From assembly GCA_951406725.2 (NCBI GenBank), contig OX597815.1, positions 139,624,001 to 139,688,000 of the forward strand: a stretch of 64,000 nucleotides of DNA, read 5' to 3'. The translations under genes were made by a program, and so were the position numbers. Under the pieces are notes generated by a model. That model did no database searches, was not told the origin of the DNA, and saw only the letters and a program-made list of their open reading frames with translations. The stretch comes from Octopus vulgaris. Its lineage: Eukaryota. Of this stretch, positions 12,277 to 25,389 are shown piece by piece. Each line of letters opens with the position of its first letter. Position 1 is the first letter of the stretch.

Positions 12277-13495
12277 TTGGGTCATCTCATTAATAATGTG
12301 TTGTTTTCAATTGCATGAACTAAAAGTCTGAGGGAGACAGGATAAACTACCTGCATTAACTTGCTATAAAAGCAGGTAGTAATTTAACCTTGTACTTATT
12401 CTTAGTGCAAGTTTTGAAGAATGCAATTCGATTTTAACAGTTATTTTCTCAAAGCTATAATAGCGGTGACAAAGGAGCGTATTCGGCATATTTTGCATTA
12501 TGAGTTCAATAAAGATAAAAGCGCAACGGAAAGCGCGAGGAATGTTAATGCAGTATATGGGGATCGGGCAAATAAGCGTCAGCCAGTGTCAACGCTGCTT
12601 CCAGAATTTCCGACCCGTAAACTACAGCCTAGAAGACGAGCCTCGTCCTGGAAGATCTGTAGAGCTCGACGAGGATGTCCTGCAAACTCTGGTAGAACAA
12701 AATCCCATCGTAACTGTTGAGGAACTAGTAGAAAAACTTGGATTTGGTCATTCAACCATTCATCGACACCTGTGTGTTATCGAAAAAGTCAGCAAATTGG
12801 GTTAGTGGGTTCCTCACAAACTTTCCGAGTCTAATCGCGCGCAGAGTGAATGTGTGCTCTTCTTTGCTATCACGTCTCGCTGTCAAGTGCCGAAGATAGT
12901 GGGTAGGGAAAGGAGAAACACCGGCACCCCAGGCTAAAGGTCTTCGCCCACCAAGATGTTGATATCTGTTTGGTGGGATATGAAACGTTTAGTCCACTTT
13001 GAACTTTTAAACCGAAACCAAACAATAACAAAAGAAATCCACTGCGAGTAGCTTGAGCGGCTTAAGTCAGTGCTAGAACAAAAACGACCATCTTTGGTTT
13101 CAAGACGAAAGGTGTTCTTCCATCAGGATAATGCTCGGCCACATACAGCGAGGATGACATTCCAAAAGCTGGAGCAGTTTGAATGGGAAACGATACCCCA
13201 CCCACCATATTCGCCGGACATTGCTCCATCTGGTTATCATTTATTCCCCAGTCTTCAAATTCATTTGAACTGAAAAAATATGAATTCTGTAGACGAGGTC
13301 AGAACAGTACCGGAGGAGTATTTTTCGTCACGGAACAAGAGAATTTTGAAAGAGGGGCCTTGCAAGTCTACCAGATAGGATGGAAACACATTGCAGAAAA
13401 TGGAGAGTATACTTTAGATTAAAACAGAACCTTGTTTATCTTAATTTTGAAAAATAAAAGTACTAAAAAACCGCCTTATTTATAGGATGGCCCAA
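12277..13495 (+). mobile_element. Mariner (DD34D) transposon, near full length, transposase pseudogene
   Basis: TA-flanked TIRs (TTGGGTCATCTCATTAATAA and TTATTTATAGGATGGCCCAA); LEDEPRPGR, WVPHKLSE, HQDNARPH and HPPYSPDIAPSGYHLF motifs. Stops and frameshifts are present, and the TGDEKW block is deleted near 12880. Confidence 0.95.
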
Positions 13496-13518
13496 TATAT
13501 ACATGAGTGTGTGTTTGT

Positions 13519-13616
<98 letters not shown>

Positions 13617-14013
13617 ACGCGCAGTTAATAATTTTTTTATAAACATAATACAAAACTATAACTAGGTTCGGACACTCACCCCGTATTTTATGGCAAACAA
13701 TAAATAATTACTCTTATCCACAAAAGAAGAGTAAATCGTTCCACGAGATGAAATCAGCAAGAACACGATATCTCGAGTGTTAGAAAAATTAATTTGTTAA
13801 TGACACAAAAAAGGCAAACCTTATTCAGAATCAGGAATCAAAAAAAATCCGTTCATCGGTATTTCTGACAATAAACACTTTTTGACTATTGCTCGGATTT
13901 GTAACCTACCCACTTGGTATAACAATTCCACTGAACAACTGATAGGTTTCATCCTCATTCATTTGTATGAAGTTGCACAGTACAAAACATTTAAACGTTA
14001 TTCTGCGGCGAAG

Positions 14014-14211
14014 ATCTTTATCTTTATCTTTATCTAGTTTCAGCTCACGAGCTGTGGCCATGCTGGGGCACCGCCATTTAAATAATGTGCTATGCTTACT
14101 GCACCTAGGTTTCCCAAGCGGTCACCCATCTAAGTACTGACTAGGCTCAACGTTACTTAACTTCGGTGATCAGACGAGAACCGGTGCTTTCAACGTGATA
14201 TGGCCGTAAGA
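14014..14211 (-). mobile_element. Candidate 5S-derived SINE (SINE3-type) with family A 3' tail
   Basis: 5S head, about 17 nt linker, then GGCGGTGCCCCAGCATGGCCACAG-hairpin-AAACTAG and (ATAAAG)3. Confidence 0.7.
14093..14211 (-). rRNA. Full-length 5S rRNA-derived sequence (about 119 nt), probably the head of a retroposed SINE-like element rather than a functional 5S gene
   Basis: Minus strand CTTACGGCCATATCACGTTGAAAGCACCGGTTCTCGTCTGATCACCGAAGTTAAG...GTACTTAGATGGGTGACCGCTTGGGAAACCTAGGTGCAGTAAGC. Box A and box C are recognisable; there is no oligo-T terminator. Confidence 0.92.
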
Positions 14212-14996
14212 TATCTATCTCTCGTGTGCTTTCGTCTATTTTATTGCACTTCATATACATGTGCATCTGTTATTTATGCATAACTTTGAAAGACTTAACA
14301 CAAACTTTAGTCTATTAATAATATATTGCCCATAAGTTGTGCTGAAGGAATATAAAGATATTAAAACGGGTATTTGCCAGTCATAGAGAAGATAAAATGA
14401 ATTTTTGGTAAGTGCAGGTAAAGCCATTTGCTTAAAATGTTCAATTCATAGCCATATAGTTTTGGGTCTCATTTTACTGTGCGATACCTTGGGCAAGTGT
14501 ATTCAACTACTGTGCCGAGTTGACCAATCCCTTGTAAGAAGAACTGGTAGACGGAAACTTCATGGAGACCCCTCGCATATGTTTGTGTTGTGTGCGAGTG
14601 TTTAACCTTCTGTAACGTCTTCGCACGAAATCGGTCGACTAAATCGGTGACAAGACGCTGACAAAACTCACTGTAGCTCAGCACTTTCGGAGACAACTGA
14701 GGGAAAATGTCCCGTATGTGAAAAACGGTTACGGGTTAACGACAGAAAAAGCATCCGGCAATTTGTCAATACCTCAACAATATGCTTTTCGTCAAACACA
14801 TGTTTGTAAGAAAACACGAACGTTAAACAAATAAACGAACTTAACTTGAACCAGATTTGAATCTTCACTCTTTATTTAACCTGGAGAATAATGATCTTTA
14901 TAAAACAGTACAAAATAATAAACTTTAACTGTCTTTTCGATATATATACACACACAGACACACAGACAGACACACACACACACACACACACGCACG

Positions 14997-15061
<65 letters not shown>

Positions 15062-16229
15062 TTATATATACACACCAGACACACATGGGGGATAGACATG
15101 TGCGTGCTTAAGTGTCTATCTATGTACCCATGTATGTTTATAGGTGAATGTTCTCGTATGTGTACTTGAGTTAGTCTGTTCTGGTGGATTTGTTATTGTT
15201 ACTGGTATCACATATAGATATATAAAAAGTTTGTTTACTTTATTCTTGTACTTGTACAGATTCGGTTATGTCTGGTTCTTTTATACAAACCTTACAATGT
15301 CTGATTCTTCTTTATGCATCAATCATTTTATCTTTCAATAAAATATTTTGTCCAAGAATTCCATGTTTCTACTTCCCCTTACAACAGTTCATCTACTTCC
15401 CGTTCTCTTCGTCAAAACTAGTTTCCGACGAATATGTTATTCAGTTACTCTGGAATTATTTCCTTTTCGGTTTCTCTATAATTTTTCCTTCTCATGCGTA
15501 GGCATGGCTGTGTGGTTAAGAAACTCGCTTCACAGCTACGTGATTTCGAGTTCAGACCCACAGCATAGCACCTTAGACACGGGACAACTGATACCTAATG
15601 AGTGAATTTGGTAAATTGAAACCGCCAGAATAAGTACCGAACTTAAAAAATAAACCCTGGAGTCGGTTTGTTCGACTAAACCCTTCAGAGTAATGCCCCA
15701 GCATGGCCGCTGACTGAAAGAAGTAAGAGTTACAAAATAAAAGATAATCACATTGTAATTGTAAACCTCCCATAACTCGGTTTCAACGTACTTTTTATTA
15801 TCATTTGATATTTCAATTCTCTTCCACTTCCCCATTTTTAATTGATTATTAGACCACACACTTCTTTGATCGTTTAAAATATTCAATCATATTTTTACCC
15901 ACAGTCTTTTCGGAGATGTACTGATACATTTAACGGGTCGATCCGCTTCTATATTCGGCATTGTAATTTTCCTCAAATTTTAAACCACATGCAAAATACA
16001 TAATGATCGTATTTTCTCCTAAATATGGACTTAAACAGCCATAATTTAAAATTCAACCACTACCACAACCAAATTTAGCATTGCCACTTCATCCACGTCT
16101 TCCTTTCCAGCTTAGCTTTTTCTTTCCTTCCTATTTTATCAAGCTACGTTCTGATCAATATAACTGAAACACTTTTATAAACCAGTAAGCCAATATATAA
16201 AGTGACATAGGTACAGACACGCATACATG

Positions 16230-16279
<50 letters not shown>

Positions 16280-17161
16280 TACATACACACACAGAGACAC
16301 ACACATGCATACATACATTCACACACACACACAAACACATATACGTACACACAAATGTGTGCGAGTATGTGTGTGCAGATACACTATGTTAATAAAATGT
16401 CAAGCCAAGGAGTCCTACTTCTGAAGTCTGAGACTATAATATATCTCCAGTGTATCGCACTATGTTTAAATTAGTTAAAATATTAAAACAAGCCTCCTCT
16501 TTCTCTTTCTCTTTCTCTTTCTCTTTCTCTATGTGCAAATACTTACGATAAAATATATTTCTGGAAAGAAAAACTCATCTTATTTTATCTGGAAGCAAAT
16601 AGTATTATTAGATCATTTTAATTAATAATTTAATTAGGTTTTACTATAGAAAATGATCTGGGAACGGCCGTCAGTTAATTAAATTAGAGAAGTCTTTCAT
16701 TAATTGTGGAAAAGAAGAGAAATTCTCATAGATGTATCTTAACACTATCCAATTGTACAACCGAAGTGTGAGATAAAAATTAAATAAGTGAGATCAGTTA
16801 TAATCAATTTTCTAAATTAGCTTTTAAACAGAATAGACAAGAACGTGTGAGAGTTGTGTAGCAATGAAGAATGACTGTGACAAGTTGTTTAGAAATGTCT
16901 TCTAAATTGAACTACATTTCAGTAGAGTTGCACATATCTTTACTAACAGAGCTGCCTTTTATTAAATGTTTGCATATGGTGTGTAAAATTATAACATAAA
17001 ATGTATGCATAAAGATAAGAGGTTCGTATGTAAAAGTGTATTGACAGGCACTTTATGTGTATGTATCCAAGATGTATTAAAGATATTACTATTGAAGTGG
17101 AGATAAATTATATTTTGTGCACGTACTGACGCACTTATGCCGTGAGTAGCTATCAGTGATA

Positions 17162-17201
<40 letters not shown>

Positions 17202-17545
17202 GTATATGCATACATAGTACGTATATTACATATACGTACACATATATACATATGTATATAGGAAAAAAGAGGGTGGTTGATAGATAGAGAGATAGAGAAA
17301 TAGAGAGAGAGAAAAACATACATTCATACATAGAGATATACATATACACAAGGACGGATTTCAATCAGGTGATTGTAATAATTCATATTAAGAAACAACT
17401 CCATCCAACATAGCAATGATACAGGATATTTATTGTTTTCTTGCAACAGGACCAAATGTTGTCATTCTCATTTCCTCACATAAGAGAGGTTATACGGCCA
17501 CATAGATTTGTGTGTGTGTGCGCGCGCGCGTACGTATATATATAT

Positions 17546-17986
17546 TCAGATGAATATGGTACTTAAGTTAAAGGCACCAGAATTTAGTATGGTATTATCC
17601 ATATAACTCAAAATGGGGTGATTATAATCAAAATAAGCAACAAGGATATCCAGAGGTAATGCAGTACGATCGTTTCATGCGACTCCATTTAATTGAAAGA
17701 TGCAAACATTTAACTCAATTTAAAATGTAGAGCAATCTTCAGCTGCATAAAAATATAGAATTTAGTTAAATTCGAAGGATTCATTTGTATAGTTTTCTTT
17801 TTGTGGTTTTGGATAAAAAGAAAACTATACAAATGAATCCTTCGAATTTAACTAAATTCTATATTTCTATGCAGTTGAAGATTGCTCTACAGTTTAAATT
17901 GATGTAATGTTTGCATTGTTCAATTAAATAGAGTCGCATGAAACGATCGTACTGCATTACCTCTGGATATCCTTGTTGCTTATTTT
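17546..17986. mobile_element. PLE-derived fold-back: inverted arms 17630-17802 and 17815-17986, each with an HHR
   Basis: About 172 bp imperfect inverted repeat with a 12 bp spacer, flanked by (TA)/(TG) microsatellite. Confidence 0.75.
17659..17748 (-). ncRNA. Type I hammerhead ribozyme with long stem II (mirror copy 17869-17957 on plus)
   Basis: ATGCAG-CTGAAGA-[about 58 nt imperfect hairpin]-GAAA-CGATCG-TA-CTGCAT: 6 bp stem I, palindromic ACGATCGT stem III, GUA triplet. Confidence 0.72.
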
Positions 17987-18196
17987 AATATGTGTGTGTG
18001 TGTGTGTGTGTAGACACATATATGTGTATGTATATATGTATGTATTATGTATGTGTGTATACGTACGTATGTATGTATGTACGTTGGTATGTATATTTGC
18101 ATGTGTGTGTGTGTTCGCAACTAACGACGAGATGAGAAAGCGAAGCATAATGTGTTTATTCATTTGATTCTCTAGAACGCAAGAAATTAAAGGTAT

Positions 18197-18232
18197 CTAT
18201 GACGTTTCGAACTTTAGTTCTTCTTCGAAAAG
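18197..18232 (-). ncRNA. Degenerate minimal HHR in a PLE pseudo-LTR fragment
   Basis: TCGAAGA-A-GAAC-taaa-GTTC-GAAA-CG-TC; core damaged (TCGAAGA instead of CTGAAGA). Confidence 0.45.
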
Positions 18233-18736
18233 TTTGATAATTAGAAAAAGGGAAAAATTTGAAACGAAAGAAGAATCGGAAGCAACTTAGACAGATGGAT
18301 GTGAGTCCGTGGTAGGTTTTATTTGAAACGGTAGAAAATGAATGGATGAATGACCAGGAGTGACAGAAAGTTCATACGTATAAGAGCAACAAAGGAAGAA
18401 CTGAGAGTAAATTATGAATTTGTGTGTGTGTGTGTCATTAAGATGTATGTGTGCCCAAAAAAAGAAAGCATCAAGTGTGAAGATTATGGATGTAAATTAT
18501 GCATGTGCTTGTGTGCGTGCATGTATGTATGTATGTATGTATGTATGTATGTATGTATGTATGTATGTATGTATGTATGTATGTATGTATGTATGTATGT
18601 ATGTATGCATGTATGTGTTTGTGAACCATCAAAGCATGTGTGCGTGTTTCTTACCATGTTAGTGTGTGCAATGTAAGCACTCGTACATACTGATGTGAGT
18701 TTATAGCTATGGGGTGTATACCTACGTGTGTACATT

Positions 18737-18776
<40 letters not shown>

Positions 18777-19403
18777 GTGTGCATGTATGTATATGTGTTT
18801 TTTAGCGTTACAGGAATTGTGAACCAAGTGTGTATGTGTGTGTGTGTTGTATGTATATTAGAGAGGGAGAGAGAGGGAGCTAATATGCACGAGCTTCGAA
18901 ATTTGCGTGCAAGCGTGTGCATGTATGCGCGTGAGTGTATGCGTGCGTGTGTTATTTTTTAGTGTCAGCGTATATAATGTGAGCCCAGTGTGTGTGAGCT
19001 TTACGTGAATAGATGTATTGTTGTGAACTATGTCTATGTCTGTGTGTGAGTATGTATTTATGCACGTTAATATGTGTGAGCGTCTGAGTGTTGCCATGTT
19101 GTTTTACTGAACCACGTATGCATAGATGTATGATTGTATGTGTGCGTTTAATTTGTGTGCGAGTCGTTTAAGTGTGTGTGTGCGTAATTGGTTTGTAGCT
19201 GTGTGGGCATCATGATTAGTGTGCTTATAAAGAAGTGATATAATTTGTAGAAGTGATATTGGTGATATGTTTGTGTCCCTGTTTTTATTTATGCTGTGTG
19301 TATGTGTGTGGGCAGAAAAGTGGTGCTTTTGAGTGAGCTTGCATTTTATGTGTATCTGGATGCATGTGGGTATGAATGTTTATGTATTTGTGTGCCGTGT
19401 GTG

Positions 19404-19522
<119 letters not shown>

Positions 19523-19799
19523 AGTGTTGATATACAAGAAAAAAGAGTAATGGTTTAGCCCGTAAGGAGTAGGTACTTAAAAATTGAAAATGAGTCCTTG
19601 TTCGTGTCGAAGATGAGAGCCTGGGGAATCGTTGGAAGGGTTACGCTAAACACGGGGAGATGCCGAGTGAAGTAATCTACAGAGCGGAAGTGGCATGCAA
19701 CCAAAAGTCATTACCTGGATGGCTGTCCTGAAGATGTTCTGTAAATCGATAAAATAAGCGTTGCCCCGTCTATCTGAATTGTAGAGGGAGAGCCTTATG

Positions 19800-20390
19800 C
19801 ATTAAATAAGATTGGTAGAGGTAAAGCTGGAGAAGTTAGTTGTATGGAAAAGTTGTGGTTGAATTCGGTAAGGAAGGTGGTGTCGGAGAGAAAATGTAAA
19901 TGAGGCTGAGGGGAGCAAGAAGTTGCCCAGGGTGCATGCTTGGGTAGAAAAGGAGCTATGCGCGTGAATATTACGCACTCAAAGAGGAGGAGTGATGAGT
20001 TGGGAAGATGTGGAAAGTGCTGAAGTCAGATAGAAGATTCGGAATGCACAGAGAACAGTGCACTGGAGAGCTAGTATTGAAAGATAGTAGGTAAAAGGGA
20101 AAGGAAGGAGGTTGAAGAAGAGGTGGACGAGAGCGGAAATGCAGTCGATGTCACAAGCGTACGTGAGGACGAATTTGACATGGCAAGGTTTCCGCATCAA
20201 GTGAAGAGTTCAGCTATGTATTAAGATTGTATCACAAAACCATGGTCACCGCTACATAGACGATGGAAGTGGAGGAATTCAGCGTAGGAGAAGTGAAGTT
20301 AAAGTAGAAATGAGTATCCGTGGGTCTGTAAAAAATTATGATAGTGAGGATTAAGGAGGGGTTATGTGTGAGCAGCTAGGATACAAATTG
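19800..20390 (-). mobile_element. Highly decayed LINE 3' region (CR1/Jockey group)
   Basis: Purine-rich plus strand. Minus peptide LSILALQCTVLCAFRIFY...SSQLITPPL loosely resembles LINE ORF2 C-termini. Confidence 0.35.
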
Positions 20391-20838
20391 CAGCAAAAAT
20401 ACTTAACACTTTGAAGAAATGAATTGTTTTCAAATGGTTAAATGGCTTTTCCACGATGTGATTGCTTCGCTTTCAACATTCAGCTGCATATCAAACCATC
20501 TGCTAAACACATACATACGTACATACATACGTACGTACATACATACATACATACATACATACATACATACATACATACATACATACATACATACATACAA
20601 AAAGAAACCAGCCTACTAGCTCGCATATAAATACAATCTGTAAGTGGAACAGTAAAACTATGAAAGACTTTTCATGGTTTAAAATCTGACGTTGTTTCCG
20701 TTATCTACATTCCAAAGATGGAGCTTTATATCTTTGTTAGAAACCATCTCCTTCCTCGGGAGGAGGATTTAAATGATTAAAAACAGAAAAGAACATACAC
20801 GCACGCACACATACATACATACATACATACATACATAC

Positions 20839-20869
<31 letters not shown>

Positions 20870-21129
20870 CATACATACATACATACATACACACACACAC
20901 ATACATACATACATACATACATACATACATACACACACATACATACATACATACATACATACATACATACATACATACATACATACATACATACATACAT
21001 ACATACATACATACATACATACATACATACATTTATACACTATCATCATCATCTCATCTTTTAAAATCCATTTTCCAATCTAGAATAGACATGTGTGTGA
21101 GTGTATGTGCGTGTGCGTATGTGTGTGTA

Positions 21130-21193
<64 letters not shown>

Positions 21194-21868
21194 CAGGTGT
21201 ATTGTCTTATGTGTTGTACAAAATGTAGTTATCCAAAGATAATCTTTAGCGAAGTAGCTGATGCGGACTAAGTTTTTTTTTGTGTTTTTACCGTGTGTGC
21301 ATATATTTTTCTCCTATGCAGTGTTTGGTTTATTTTATGGCTAAAATATATACGCCCCTAATCATATAAGGTTATATGGTTAAAGAAATTAGATAGTGTA
21401 ACTATAAGATAAAGCTACAGTATCTAAAAGAGGGCATCAAGTAATTATTATTGTAACACGATTCAACAGTTTACCAAGAGGACTGAAACCTTGCGCAGTA
21501 GGTGACCTTAGTTGAAATTGGATTCAAGCTACTTGAAGCCGATATCAATAATTCTCGTAGTGCAATACAGTATTCACCCCATATATGCATTTGATCGATA
21601 TTCAATATAGCATGTCTTAGTTATTGATTGGTCGTGATATAAGTGATGTTCTTTAGAAAATATCGTGATTTACTATAAAACAAGATATTAACAAAGTGAC
21701 CTTCTATAAACACAAGTTCAAACCACTACAGTAGCGATAATATGTTTGCTTCCAATATCTGTGGAAACATTCACTTAGCCATTTTCTCAGTTGAACAGTC
21801 ATGTTTTTATATATAATTATATGGTACCTGTATCAATAATCATATATAGAATTCCGTAGGTAACTTAC

Positions 21869-21964
21869 CTGTAAGGTTATAATAAATGAGAAGGTCGCCA
21901 TCGTTGTCCTGTTCACAGACACACTACTTTGGTTACACTGAGGCCCGAACTCTTCAAACCGACA
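21869..21964 (-). CDS. Candidate 96-nt exon of an unidentified host gene
   Basis: Acceptor ctttatatcttttattacag, donor CAG|gtaagt. Only phase 0 is open: CRFEEFGPQCNQSSVSVNRTTMATFSFIITLQ. Internal ATG at 21901 in ACGATGG context. Non-repetitive surroundings. Confidence 0.55.
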
Positions 21965-22290
21965 CTGTAATAAAAGATATAAAGTATATATCTAACTGCT
22001 ATAATATTAAAACACGGGAATATTAGGATAATGGTTGTTAGAATAGTGAAGTATTGAGAAAGAAAAAGTAGTCCTTACTTAAAGGACAAAATCTCTGGTA
22101 AGGCTTAAACACCCTTAGACTCTTGTTATCTCTAGAAGACAATGAACAAAAGATATCTAAAATACGATATCCACACAAACACAAAAACTACTATCATATA
22201 GGTGTTATAACGATTCGTAGTTGTTGCATTACATGATGAATTCAGAACCATATAAAGTACACCAGATGCTTATCGAAGTAATATAGCATA

Positions 22291-22406
22291 ACAGGTGTCA
22301 TCACAATTTGTCATACATGACTGATATCACCTCAATGTCTTATATGTGACAGTTGTCATCTTAAGATGTTATATACAACTGATGTCACCTCAATATATTT
22401 AGTATA
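22291..22406. repeat. Degenerate 29-bp minisatellite, four units in ABAB pattern
   Basis: Units start at 22291, 22320, 22349 and 22378 (ACAG.TGTCATC and ACTGAT.TCACCTCAAT); a further partial unit lies near 22672. Confidence 0.7.
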
Positions 22407-22408
22407 AA

Positions 22409-22620
22409 AAGGCAGTGAGCAGGTAGAATCGTTAGCACGCCAAGCAAAATGCTTAGCGGTATTTCGTCCCTCTTTGCATTCTGAGTTCAAATTCCTCCGA
22501 GGTCCACTCTGCCTTTCATCCTTTCGGAGTCGAGAAAAATAAGCACCAGTTGAGTACTTGAGTTGATGTAATTGATTTACTTCTCCCTCGAAATTGCTGG
22601 CCTTGTGCTAAAATTTGAAA
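22409..22620 (+). mobile_element. Family B SINE
   Basis: tRNA-like head (GAGTTCAAATTCC box B), Meta-like core, tail AAATTGCTGGCCTTGTGCTAAAATTTGAAA. Confidence 0.8.
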
Positions 22621-23253
22621 TCTATATATATAGTATAACATATATAGTATATATAGTGTATATAGTATATAGTCACCTCAGCATGTTATATAGTATTATA
22701 TCTGTGAATGTAAGCATTATCATCGTTTAACGTCCACTTTTCCATGCATGCATGGATCATATGGAATTTGTTGAGGCGCATTTTTTTCTACTGTTGGATG
22801 CCCTTCCTGTTGTCAAAACAAAGTTCTTCAAATGACAAACTGCCATTTTGAAAAAAGACACGCTGGATAATGAAATCTTAAGGGTGATCATCAAGTGAAT
22901 CTTAGATGATGGGCTTCTTGAATAAGAGCTAACTTGGAGTGAAACAACAACAGTCAGAAACTCAAGAATATAACAGCCCAGTTTTCGGTTTCAAATTGAT
23001 TCCAATTCAAACAGCAAAACTTTATGGATCTAAAGAGACGAAGTAACTTCTCGTTTATTGTCTCATAATAGAGAAGTGTCTTTAGAATTGGTTGCCAACA
23101 ATTTCCTCCTTTCCAACAACGGTAAATCGATGAACATAAAGAAATATGTGTGAATATATATGTGTTTACATACATACGTATGTACAAGGGTGTGCACGTG
23201 CAGGTACGCCAATGTATATGTGGATATATACACATATATATGCACACACAACA

Positions 23254-23305
<52 letters not shown>

Positions 23306-23370
23306 CACACACATACTCCATCCTGATTGTAGTTCAATGACTGGAACTATCAAAGATTGTGTCTATATAC

Positions 23371-23406
<36 letters not shown>

Positions 23407-23420
23407 GATGTATCTATCTA

Positions 23421-23470
<50 letters not shown>

Positions 23471-24102
23471 TATATATATATAAATAGATAGATAGGTAGA
23501 TATACATACATACATACATACATACATACATACATACATACACAGAGACAAGCACACATATACATACACACGCACACAGAAAAAATACACGCACCCACCC
23601 ACATATATATATATTGTATCATATCCCTATCATATTTATATATTCATACACACACATACAAACATAATAAACGTGTGTATGAGTGTATAAATGAGAAAGA
23701 GATATTGATACAATTATAGATATATTTAGATAGACTATATATAAATATCGACGCATATAATAAATACGTTTGTCAGCATGTAAGCGTGTATGTGAGTGTG
23801 TGAGTGTGTATGTATGTATATATATGTATATATGTATATATATATATATACTATCTTGTTTATGTATTATGTTGTGTCTGAAGGGTGGCTAGTATGCGGG
23901 TTAAGTTGAAAGCAGATATTAAGAAAATCTAAAGAGATAGATAGAATGATCAAAGACTGAAAATAGAAGAGAGAAAGTAGAAACAAGACAGAAGGAAAAA
24001 AAAAGAAAAGAAAAAAAAAGCTGTGGGGTGGGTTTTTCTATAAGTCTTCGTTTTTACGAAATTAATATATTAATGGAAAATGGGCGGCCAAAACCGATTA
24101 TG

Positions 24103-24134
24103 TACAACAACAACGACGACGACGACGACTACTG

Positions 24135-24170
<36 letters not shown>

Positions 24171-24228
24171 TTACTACTACTAACCCCACCACCACAACCA
24201 CCACAACCGCTGCCGCCACCACCACCAT

Positions 24229-24302
<74 letters not shown>

Positions 24303-24386
24303 ATACTACAACTATTACTACTACTAACCCCACCACCACAACCACCACAACCGCTGCCGCCACCACCACCATTACTACTACTACTG

Positions 24387-24425
<39 letters not shown>

Positions 24426-24447
24426 ATGCTACTGCTGCTGCTGCTGC
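24103..24447. repeat. (ACT)n/(ACC)n trinucleotide array with a 144-bp internal duplication
   Basis: AACCCCACCACCACAACCACCACAACCGCTGCCGCC occurs at 24182 and 24326. Confidence 0.9.
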
Positions 24448-24834
24448 ATCCATAGCGATAGCTACAGCAAACGAGAAACGGAAAGCAGCCATAACGAAAG
24501 GAATGGTAACAACAGAAACAACTACAAAGACCAGCAACTACAACAATAACAACATCAACAACAATAACAGCCAGAATGACTACGGCATCAACAAACAACA
24601 AGTGAAAAAAACGAGAATTTGAATAATTCGGAAGAATTTTTGTGCGCACGTATATGTAAGCGTGTATGTATGTGAGCATGTTTGTGAGTGTGAGTGTACG
24701 CGTTTGTATGTGTGGGGGGAGGGGAGATTATGTGCGCCTGTGTGTCATATCTATGTGTGTGTGTGTGTGTGTGTGTAGATATACATGTGTATGTATGTAT
24801 TGTTAGACAGACAGACGGACGACCGGACATGTGT

Positions 24835-25210
<376 letters not shown>

Positions 25211-25389
25211 GCAGACAGCTGACGGGTAGATACATCTGTTAATTGTAATCGAACGGTCCAGCATTCGAGGTATAGCATTTATTCAAAGCTAATGTCTATC
25301 TATATAAGTCGTTTACTCGGAGTTTTGTTGTTTCCAGGTGAGGAGCCAAAGAAAGTCTAACAAAGGAAGGTATGGCTTTTGTATAAAAG

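Noticed and set aside
14093-14211. Functional 5S rRNA gene
   Set aside because: Solitary, no Pol III T-run terminator, altered first base, and fused to a SINE tail.
22291-22406. CRISPR-like periodicity
   Set aside because: Contiguous degenerate units without spacers, in eukaryotic DNA with no cas genes.
24080-24622. 180-aa Thr-rich mucin-like ORF
   Set aside because: Trinucleotide array with no signal peptide, domain or convincing splice sites.
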